Source: Spirochaetia bacterium (lineage in GTDB: Bacteria; Spirochaetota; Spirochaetia; DSM-2461). From it: a DNA stretch of 64,000 nucleotides. Positions within the stretch are counted from its first letter, which is position 1. Every line of letters begins with the position of its first letter. The notes under the pieces were generated by a model that was given only the letters and a program-made list of their open reading frames with translations, ran no database searches and had not been told where the DNA came from. Positions 1-7,935 of the stretch are shown here, piece by piece. The stretch covers positions 5,024,001 through 5,088,000 of the forward strand of contig OY764216.1 of assembly GCA_963668315.1 (NCBI GenBank), written 5' to 3'. Both the position numbers and the translations under genes were made by a program.

Positions 1-55
1 TTTCCATTTATGGCTCGATGAATTGTTCTGACACCGTTCATGAATTGGCTACTGA

Positions 56-201
56 ATATAACAGCCAATATACGGCTCCGCTTCGCTCCGGCCCAAATTA
101 ACCCTTTGACCAATTCTGAAAAAAGTATGATATACTTTTCCCGAAATTGCTCAACCCCACAAGGGGCCGGGTTTACTTCGTATATTGGCGAAACGTTAGC
201 A
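56..201 (+). repeat. attC-like site, long type with internal promoter module
   Basis: ATATAAC-A-GCCAATATACG ... CGTATATTGGC-GAAAC-GTTAGCA; TTGACC(106)-19-TATACT(131) in the loop. Confidence 0.85.
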
Positions 202-269
202 AAATTTTTGTTTTCGGCTTCGTTATCGGTTTTCTGACCATCCGTGGTCAGAAAAAATGAAGGAGTAAC

Positions 270-1055
270 ATGGAAATTCAACATCTTGAGAAATACTATA
301 ATAATATTGATGAGGATGGAAGGCTCCTTTCAAAATATGGTTCAGTCGAATTTTTAACCACTATGAAATATATTCAAAAATATCTTACGCAGGATATGAA
401 GATTTTGGATATTGGGGCTGGAACAGGTATTTACAGCCTGGCTTTAGCTGATAAGTGTCATCATGTTGATGCCGTAGAGCTGATACAGAAAAATATTGAC
501 ATATTCAAATTAAAAATAGAAAAGCATAAGAATATTACAGTGCAAAAAGGAAACGCTCTAGATTTGAGTTTTCTGGAAGATAATTTCTATGATATTACGT
601 TGTTATTTGGCCCTATGTACCATCTTTATACAGAAGAGCATAAACTCAAAGCTCTTTCAGAAGCAATAAGGGTAACAAAACCAAAAGGCTATATTCTAAT
701 AGCATACTGTATGTCGGATGCAACTATTTTAAATTATGGGTTTGTAAAGAAAAATATTGTGGATCTTATTGAAAAAGAGATGTTAGATACGGAGGAATTT
801 AAGCCCCGGTCAGAACCGATAGATCTATTTGAACTTCATAGAAAGGAAGATATAGACCGCCTAAATAATAAATTTAATGTAAAAAGATTAAACTATGTAG
901 CTACAGATGGTTTTACAAATCATTTTAGAGAAACCGTGAATAATATGAGTGACAAAGAATTTGAGATTTATATGAAATACCATTTTTTCACGTGTGAACG
1001 AGAAGATATGCAAGGAATAACTCATCATAGTCTGGATATATTACAAAAACAATAA
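270..1055 (+). CDS. Class I SAM-dependent methyltransferase (cassette)
   Basis: ILDIGAGTG motif I, GNALDLS, LLFGPMYHL; RBS AAGGAG. Confidence 0.9.
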   Translation: MEIQHLEKYYNNIDEDGRLLSKYGSVEFLTTMKYIQKYLTQDMKILDIGAGTGIYSLALADKCHHVDAVELIQKNIDIFKLKIEKHKNITVQKGNALDLSFLEDNFYDITLLFGPMYHLYTEEHKLKALSEAIRVTKPKGYILIAYCMSDATILNYGFVKKNIVDLIEKEMLDTEEFKPRSEPIDLFELHRKEDIDRLNNKFNVKRLNYVATDGFTNHFRETVNNMSDKEFEIYMKYHFFTCEREDMQGITHHSLDILQKQ

Positions 1056-1125
1056 AAGAATGAGGAAATACTATACATCCCTGTATAGTATTATCTTCTA
1101 TCAGAAAATCCGAAAACAAAACTTC

Positions 1126-1326
1126 AGCTAACAGCGTTTATATGCTCCGCTACGCTCCGGGCTTCGCCAAATTTAAATCAAAAAGAATTATTTTAAAAAA
1201 AGAACAACAATTACGCTATAATAGATTCTATACAACAAGGATTTGCTACGGATTTGCCTATGTCACATTTCTTGTTTTCACAAGAAATTCGCCAATTACG
1301 GCAAACCGCAGAAATCGTCGTTCTAA
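1126..1326 (+). repeat. Composite attC-like site (left arm of long-type site + -10 element + second complete site 1230-1326)
   Basis: AGCTAAC-AGCG left arm; TATAAT 1217; ATACAAC-AAGGATTTGC...GCAGAAATCGTC-GTT; homologous to 3701-3893. Confidence 0.7.
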
Positions 1327-1346
1327 AGACAAAGAAGGGGGGGGGA

Positions 1347-1871
1347 ATGAGACTAGTTATACGATTAGCCACAAAAGAAGATTCATCAAGTATTCTTAGA
1401 GTAATTAATCAATCATATAATCCATATAAAAACTTAATACCAGCTAATTGTGGATTTGTAACTTCTATAGAAGAAATAATCAAAATTATGAAAGATGAGA
1501 GCTCCTCATGTTGGGTAGCTGAAAATAATGATAGTGTTATTGGTGTTGCTACTGGAATTACAATTGCTCCAAGAGCATATCATCTTAAGCTTTTATTTAT
1601 CGCAGAACATGCGCAACGCAAAGGTATAGCTTCGAACTTATTATCAACTTATGAAAATTCAGGCAAAAAAAAAGGGTATAAATTATTAACTACCAATTAT
1701 CAGAAATGGGCTCCATGGTCAAGAAACTTCTATCTTAAGCAAGGATATAAGGAATATATTGAGGGGGATGAATTAGATTTTCCAGATTTGCATGAAACGA
1801 TTTCTTTTTATAGAAGGATTGGTAAGTTAAATAATGATCGAAAATGTTTTATATGGAAAAAGACATGCTAA
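1347..1871 (+). CDS. GNAT family N-acetyltransferase (cassette)
   Basis: IRLATKED start, QRKGIASNLL acetyl-CoA motif, FYLKQGY. Confidence 0.85.
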   Translation: MRLVIRLATKEDSSSILRVINQSYNPYKNLIPANCGFVTSIEEIIKIMKDESSSCWVAENNDSVIGVATGITIAPRAYHLKLLFIAEHAQRKGIASNLLSTYENSGKKKGYKLLTTNYQKWAPWSRNFYLKQGYKEYIEGDELDFPDLHETISFYRRIGKLNNDRKCFIWKKTC

Positions 1872-1944
1872 GGTTACGGGTAAGGAGCACTAAATGCCAT
1901 CCGTGGCATTTACTGGACATACAGACAATAGGAATGGGCACTAA

Positions 1945-2090
1945 ACATAACAGCAAATGATGCGGTTATGGCTTTGCCTTCACCCAAATTGCCTTTGACA
2001 AATCCAAGAAAAAGCACGTATACTTTTCCTTAGATTTATCAACCCCTAAAGGGGTACCAGGCAACTTCGCATATTTGCAAAACGTTAAAT
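1945..2090 (+). repeat. attC-like site, long type with internal promoter module
   Basis: ACATAAC-A-GCAAATGATGCG ... CGCATATTTGC-AAAAC-GTTAAAT (one unpaired base); TTGACA-18-TATACT. Confidence 0.85.
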
Positions 2091-2129
2091 GAAATGTTTT
2101 GGGAGAAGATTTTTTTACAAGGAATTATT

Positions 2130-2585
2130 TTGAAACAACCAAGAATTGTAACTGTTTGCGGAGCTTTAGTTATTAACAATAATCAAGTTCTCATAATTCA
2201 GGAAGCTAATAAAAAGGCTTTTGGGAAATTTAATATTCCTGGAGGTCATGTTGATTTAGATGAAGATCTGAAGGAAACGGCTATCCGAGAAGTTAAAGAA
2301 GAGACGGGAATTCCCATCATTGTTGAAGATTTTCTTGGAGTCTATACTCATCAAGCACAAGATAAATCAACAATCATCAAAATAATATTTGTTGGAAAAC
2401 CCTGTGATTTTGAAATCAATTTTCCTAAGGATGAGATACTAAACGCTACTTGGATGAACATTGATGATTTTCTGAAAATCGAAGCTGATAAGTTACGTTC
2501 ACAAGATTTATTTTCAATAATTACAGATTATAGAAACAAGAATCAATGTAATTTATCATTAGTGAAAGATATTGTTAGAGTATAA
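2130..2585 (+). CDS. Nudix hydrolase (cassette; TTG start, alternative ATG 2094)
   Basis: Nudix box GGHVDLDEDLKETAIREVKEETG. Confidence 0.9.
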   Translation: MKQPRIVTVCGALVINNNQVLIIQEANKKAFGKFNIPGGHVDLDEDLKETAIREVKEETGIPIIVEDFLGVYTHQAQDKSTIIKIIFVGKPCDFEINFPKDEILNATWMNIDDFLKIEADKLRSQDLFSIITDYRNKNQCNLSLVKDIVRV

Positions 2586-2617
2586 TTTTATTCTGACCCA
2601 TTCTCCCAAAACACTTC

Positions 2618-2761
2618 ATCTAACAGCAAATGATGCGGTTACGCTTCGCTTCACCCAAATTGCCTTTGACAAATCCAGAAAAAAGTATGATATACTTTTC
2701 CCTGTATTTATCAACCCCTGCGGGGTACAAGGCAACTTCATATATTCGCGAAACGTTAAAT
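2618..2761 (+). repeat. attC-like site, long type with internal promoter module
   Basis: ATCTAAC-A-GCAAATGATGCG ... TATATTCGC-GAAAC-GTTAAAT; TTGACA-19-(TGa)TATACT. Confidence 0.85.
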
Positions 2762-2818
2762 ATAATTCAGGTTAGATGGATACTTGATTCAGCCATCCGT
2801 GGCCTCGAAGGAGAATGC

Positions 2819-3648
2819 ATGAGCAAAGATCACACTCCTATTTTAAGAAATTACAGGAATAATTGGTACAATGAAGATTATCTCTTGATTTAATTGCAAA
2901 AAGAATTGATCTTTATTCATGTGTAGACATTTTAGATGTTGGCTGTGGTGAATTTCATTGGACCCTATTACTTGCAAAATACTTTCCAGATAATTTTCAT
3001 TTAGTAGGTATTGATTTGAATGAGATAACTTTCTCAAAACTCACAGATATTAAAGAATTATATCCCAATTGGAATTTTATAAAAGGTGATATTAAGAGAT
3101 TGCCTTTTGAGGATAATTCATTTGATCTTGTTACATGTCAGACATTACTTATCCATCTAGACTCTCCGATTTTAGCTGTAAAAGAGATGTTCAGAGTACT
3201 AAAGCCAGGCGGAAAAGTACTCATTTCAGAACCTAATAATTTTTCTCAATCGACATTTAGAAATAGCTGGAATATAGATCATAGTACCCAGAAAAGATTG
3301 GATAGTATAACTGAAAAATTGAAAAGTGATGAGAAGAAAAAGAAAAATGGCCATGGTGATAATTCAATAGGAGAAATTGTTCCCATTCATCTCAGAAAAA
3401 ACGGTTTCTCAGAAATTAGAACCTATATGAATGATAAGGTTACCTCTCTTGTTCCTCCATATTCAACAATAGAAGAACAACAAAAAATTGATATGCTAAC
3501 TCATTTCTCAGAAAACTATCCATTTGAAATGTCAGAACAAGATAAAGAAGAATTAAATGATGAAATCCAAATGATCAGTCGAGAAGAGTATATTGCATAT
3601 AATCCAACAATGTTATTCCTGACTATGGGAGTCAAACCTCAGATATAA
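2819..3648 (+). pseudogene. Class I SAM methyltransferase cassette, frameshifted near 2883
   Basis: RBS+ATG 2819 (MSKDHT...) stops at 2893; the frame of ORF 3016-3648 is open upstream and holds motif I (ILDVGCG). Confidence 0.8.
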
Positions 3649-3700
3649 AAGTACGTCCTTGTACTTTTATTCAATCTTTTCCGTAATAACCTGGAACTAC

Positions 3701-3893
3701 ATTTAACAGCGAATGATATGCTCCACTTCGTTTCGGGCTTCGCCAAATTTCTATCAAAAAGAATTAGTTCCGAAATAGAGAATTTGTATGCTACAATGAA
3801 CAACAATATAACCAAGATTTGCTACTGTCACATTTCTTGTTTTCACAAGAAATCCGCCAGCTTCACGGTCTGCAGCAGAAATCGACGTTATCT
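3701..3893 (+). repeat. Composite attC-like site (left arm + extended -10 + second complete site 3806-3893)
   Basis: ATTTAAC-AGCGAAT left arm; TGcTACAAT 3789-3797; ATATAAC-CAAGATTTGC...GCAGAAATCGAC-GTTATCT. Confidence 0.7.
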
Positions 3894-3923
3894 TGACTAA
3901 ATATTTTTGAGGAGAAAATAAAA

Positions 3924-4319
3924 ATGTTAGGATTAACTTTATATATAGAAAATTCTAATGAAGCTTTAGATTTTTATTGTAATGCCTTCAAATTGGAATT
4001 GGGATATAATGTTAAAAATGATAATGGAACATATTTACATGCTGAACTTTTTAGACAAGGTTTTGGTGGTTTTGCAATAAGTGAATCAGATGATAAAATA
4101 ATTCAAAATGCAATGCTTGCAGCTAAACAGCCAACAATAAGTTTAGGGATGAATTTTGAAAGCAATGATGAATTAGATCATGCTTATGAAGTACTAGGAG
4201 AAGAAGGTCATATCCTACGTCCAATTGGTTCTCTTCCTTGGTCTCCATATTCAGCAGATGTTGTAGATAAGTTTGGGGTTTGTTGGTATTTATATGTAAC
4301 TCAGCATAAACCTGAATAA
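3924..4319 (+). CDS. VOC/glyoxalase family (PhnB-like) protein (cassette)
   Basis: EALDFYCNAF, HAEL, PWSPYSADVVDKFGVCW. Confidence 0.85.
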   Translation: MLGLTLYIENSNEALDFYCNAFKLELGYNVKNDNGTYLHAELFRQGFGGFAISESDDKIIQNAMLAAKQPTISLGMNFESNDELDHAYEVLGEEGHILRPIGSLPWSPYSADVVDKFGVCWYLYVTQHKPE

Positions 4320-4536
4320 TATTTGTTTCTTAACCATTCGGCTCAATGCCTCATTAAAGGCTTTTTCAGGGCGTTTACTGCCTTATAATAGCAAGTGAAT
4401 ATTTGATCCGAAATGTTCAATCCTTCAACTGTAGTCGTTCGGCATCCGTGCCTCACTACTTGGTAAATCCCGACGCATACTACTTATAACAGACGATATA
4501 TGTAATGATTTTTTGAGATTTATACAGGAGGGACAT

Positions 4537-4905
4537 ATGCCTGATTTTGATACAATTGACGATTATATCAATTCCCAACCAGAGGGTACAAAAGAAGCTC
4601 TATTTAAATTGAAGGATTGTATACTCAAAGCTGCTCCTGATGCAAAAGAATTATTCAATTATAGTATTCCTGCATTTGCTTTAGTAGAAAATGGGAAAAG
4701 AGAACAACAGATAATGATCGCAGGATACAAAAAGCATGTTGGGTTTTATCCACATCCAACAACTATTGAAAAATTCGCTAATAAATTAACTATATATAAA
4801 CAAGGTAAAGGATCTATTCAATTTCCAATAAACAAACCAATTCCTTGTGAACTGGTAATTGAAATGGTTAAGTATAGAAGAATGCGTGTTAAGGCTGGTA
4901 AATAA
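4537..4905 (+). CDS. DUF1801 / YdhG-like protein (cassette)
   Basis: TIDDYI, AGYKKHVGFYP, KGSIQFP; RBS AGGAGG. Confidence 0.85.
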   Translation: MPDFDTIDDYINSQPEGTKEALFKLKDCILKAAPDAKELFNYSIPAFALVENGKREQQIMIAGYKKHVGFYPHPTTIEKFANKLTIYKQGKGSIQFPINKPIPCELVIEMVKYRRMRVKAGK

Positions 4906-4956
4906 ATGACGCAAAAAGTCACTACATATAACACATATTAGGACCCCATCTGTCAA

Positions 4957-5390
4957 GGACAAATTTTCCCCTGTTCTATCTAGGTAGAACATTTTTATAT
5001 GAAGATGAACCGGACCGATAAAGAATGAAGCATTCTGTCTTGTTTCTCAAACGGGCTGCAGAAAAGATCTGCTCCAAACACACATAGACACTTTAACTCC
5101 GTAATTTTACGGCATTATAGAAATACATCCGTACCCAATCCTGTCATAATCAATGAAAACGGATTTCTTGGGGAATCCAGTTATTTTCGTGATCAGGCTG
5201 GTGCAGAATTCTTCCAGACTTTCTCAATCCTGGTTATTTAAAACAGGTCGAAGCAGATATCCAATCAGCGAACGCATAATTCTTCTTTCAAATGATAAAT
5301 ACGAATGATAGTCATGCTATAAAAAGCCGTATTTACGGTCATTATCTTTTTATGATTATAGTTATACGTTAGGCTTATCTGCTCCACCTG
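4957..5390 (-). ncRNA. Candidate bridge/seek RNA region of the IS1111-type element
   Basis: ~430 nt non-coding region downstream of tnp, as in IS1111; contains match to target (5266-5272) and to donor junction (5081-5086). Confidence 0.6.
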
Positions 5391-6437
5391 TTATGAACAA
5401 AAACGGTCTATATCAAAGGCTTTCCTCCTTTTGAGAACATAATATACAGCTCTGGCTAATTTATGGGCCATGATGGAATAGGCTTTCCCGTTTCCAAACT
5501 TTTGCACTAATCTCTGATGATATGATTTTATCTCCGGGCAATAGCGGATGAACATGACGGCCGCTTCGGAGAAAGCCCACTTGAGATTAGCATTGCCGAT
5601 TTTGGTATTTTTGGATGCATACTGCTTTCCTCCCGATTCCCTCTGACACTTGACTACGCGGCAATAGGAAACGAAGTTCTGTACACGAGGAAAACGGTTA
5701 ATGTCTTCAATTTCATAGAGAATAGTCAGGGCAAGCACATCACCTATCCCGGGAATAGATTTCAACAAAGAAAATGCTAGAGGATCAGAATGATTTGCTG
5801 CCTTCAAAACACGAGATTCTATCTTCCGGATCTGTTCGGTTAACGCATCAACGACGGCTATGTCGACTTCCATATTCATTTTGACCGCCGGATCATCAAA
5901 CCGTTCGAGTAATTCAGTCTTCGAAGCAATCGTAAGAGAATTGATCCCCTTCTTTATGGTATCGAAATTGTATTGGGTATTGGTATTCTGGATATGAGAA
6001 AGAAGATCTGATCTCCTGCGAACAAGATATATTCGCCGTCTGAAGAGGTCTCGAATAGCTCTGGTTTTCTGTGGGTAGACATAGGCTTGAGGGATCAGGC
6101 CACCTTTTAGCAATGCCGCTATCTTCTGGGAATCGATTTTATCGTTCTTGGTTTTTCCTCCGCTTATAGCCTTCATGTAGAGGGCGTGGCCAAGGACAAA
6201 GGGAATACTGTTTAGCTGGCAGTAATCGGCAATCCAGTACCATGTGAAAATACACTCGACACAGATGACGATATCATTAAGAAAGGGGGCGATCGCTTGT
6301 TGAAGGTGAACCGGATCAGCGATCATGTTTTTATGATAGACGATTTCGCCATCCTGGTTCATAATGCAGATATACATCTTTTTCGTGTGGAGATCGATTC
6401 CGCAGTAAAAGTTGTGTTGTTGGGTATAAAATTTCAT
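5391..6437 (-). CDS. IS110-family DEDD transposase/recombinase
   Basis: GIDLH, VE, KNDKID catalytic motifs; SIPGIG; RESGGK serine loop; GNANLKWA; RBS AAGGAG. Confidence 0.95.
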   Translation of the reverse strand: MKFYTQQHNFYCGIDLHTKKMYICIMNQDGEIVYHKNMIADPVHLQQAIAPFLNDIVICVECIFTWYWIADYCQLNSIPFVLGHALYMKAISGGKTKNDKIDSQKIAALLKGGLIPQAYVYPQKTRAIRDLFRRRIYLVRRRSDLLSHIQNTNTQYNFDTIKKGINSLTIASKTELLERFDDPAVKMNMEVDIAVVDALTEQIRKIESRVLKAANHSDPLAFSLLKSIPGIGDVLALTILYEIEDINRFPRVQNFVSYCRVVKCQRESGGKQYASKNTKIGNANLKWAFSEAAVMFIRYCPEIKSYHQRLVQKFGNGKAYSIMAHKLARAVYYVLKRRKAFDIDRFCS

Positions 6438-6503
6438 AAGGGCTCCTTTGGTTAAGGTTGTTGGAAATTTTAACATAACCACTAGGGGTCCTTATGATTA
6501 TCA

Positions 6504-6577
6504 GCGAATATGCGGTTCCGCTGCGCTTCACCAAAATTGCCCGTTGGGCAACTTCACCTATTCGCGAAACGTTATCG
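6504..6577 (+). repeat. Remainder of short-type attC (no promoter module), split from its R'' (4926-4933) by the IS
   Basis: GCGAATATGCG...TTGCC-CGTTG-GGCAA...CTATTCGC-GAAAC-GTTATCG. Confidence 0.85.
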
Positions 6578-6651
6578 GCAATAAGCGCCAAAGCATTTAT
6601 TATTCAAAGGAAAATCCGGCGTTCTGCCGGATAAAATGGAGGAAATTAAAA

Positions 6652-7071
6652 TTGGATTTACCAATATTGAAAGATAAAGATATTTTTCCTGATAGTAATG
6701 TTTTAAGAAAAGCTTTGAATGATGATTTTAAAATATTTCAAGAATTTGAAACAACAATTACAAATGGTGAACACAAGTTAGTTGGCGAATGGAGATATTA
6801 CAATGATGGTAAAGCTTGGATTTATAAAGCTCAATATAAAAAGAAAACAGTATTTTGGCTATCAGTCATATCAACCGGATTTACTGTAACATTTTATTTT
6901 AATGGAAAAAATTATGAAGGTGTTTTTGACTTGTCAATTGAAGAGTCAATTAAAGATGATTTCAAAAAAATGGAATTAGTTGGAAAATTACATCCTCTAC
7001 AAATCAGTGTAAATAATACGAATCAAATACCAGACATACTAGACATTATTGAGTATAAGAAAAAGTCATAA
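6652..7071 (+). CDS. DUF3788-like protein (cassette; TTG start)
   Basis: EWRYYNDGKAW..K...KKKTVFWLS; RBS GGAGG. Confidence 0.75.
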   Translation: MDLPILKDKDIFPDSNVLRKALNDDFKIFQEFETTITNGEHKLVGEWRYYNDGKAWIYKAQYKKKTVFWLSVISTGFTVTFYFNGKNYEGVFDLSIEESIKDDFKKMELVGKLHPLQISVNNTNQIPDILDIIEYKKKS

Positions 7072-7099
7072 TGTAAGTCGCAAGAATTTTTGGGGAAAA

Positions 7100-7582
7100 A
7101 TGAGAAAAGACAAAAAGAAAATGATATATTTTTCTGGACCTCCCTGTTCTGGTAAATCAACGATTTGTAAAGAATTGACTAAAAAAATAAGAAATGTTGA
7201 ATATGTTCTTGGTGATAAATATTGGATAAAGAATGATGATTGTGACTTTAATAGACGAAGAGTGAGAACTAATGAAGATATATTAAAATCACTTTGGAAT
7301 AAAACATCAAAGTCATTACTTTTAGAATGGGTTCCATATAATGGATCATTCATATCAGAACTAAAAAAGATCTGTGAAGAACAAAGATTGGAATTCAATC
7401 ATGTCGTTATTTATGCTCCAAAGGATATACTTGAACAAAGAAAATTACTTCGAGATAAAAATAAAGAATTGGGTCCAATAAATTTCGAGGAAATTAAAAA
7501 ACTGGAAAATGTTTTACTTTTTGACTCTAGTATTGAGTCGTTAAAATCAATTGTTCTAGAATGTGAAAAGTTATTTGATTGA
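7100..7582 (+). CDS. P-loop kinase / AAA_33-like protein
   Basis: SGPPCSGKST Walker A. Confidence 0.75.
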   Translation: MRKDKKKMIYFSGPPCSGKSTICKELTKKIRNVEYVLGDKYWIKNDDCDFNRRRVRTNEDILKSLWNKTSKSLLLEWVPYNGSFISELKKICEEQRLEFNHVVIYAPKDILEQRKLLRDKNKELGPINFEEIKKLENVLLFDSSIESLKSIVLECEKLFD

Positions 7583-7935
7583 GTTCTATTTAGTCGAAAA
7601 ATGGTATCCGGATATTTTTCTATAAATTGTGCCCGTTCGTCGTCCTGGCCATAAAAGGATACCCGTCCCCATTTCACCACGATTGCCGATTTTATCTCCT
7701 CCCGTCAGGAGGAGATTACTTCCCTCTTCACCATGATCCTGTCCGTCTGTTACAAAGGCATTCCCGCTGATATGATAGAAAAAGGCACAGGATTATTCCA
7801 TTATAGAATAATGAGCTATCGAGGAGGCGTGAGGCCATATCTCTGGAACGGGGCTCCCCTGGCCATCCGCCAATAAAAAGCCCGGGGAAACCACGGGCCG
7901 ATGTTATGTCTTGGAAATAATCTTGTTTATCCGGA

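Larger units (their letters stand above)
4934..6503 (-). mobile_element. IS110-superfamily element of IS1111 type inserted in an attC site
   Basis: Subterminal IRs AGGACCCC (4940-4947)/GGGGTCCT (6485-6492); CA core repeated at 4932-4933 and 6502-6503; removing the element restores ATATAACAGCGAATATGCG. Confidence 0.9.

Noticed and set aside
40..3900. Short ORFs 40-237, 1142-1399, 2572-2775, 2630-2818, 3718-3900 with similar peptides
   Set aside because: They are translations of the attC repeats, without RBS
56..6577. Repeats as a CRISPR array
   Set aside because: Repeats are 80-200 bp and imperfect, separated by whole genes; no cas genes
6448..6651. Long N-terminus of ORF 6448-7071
   Set aside because: Runs through the IS end and attC; the real start is likely TTG 6652 after GGAGG
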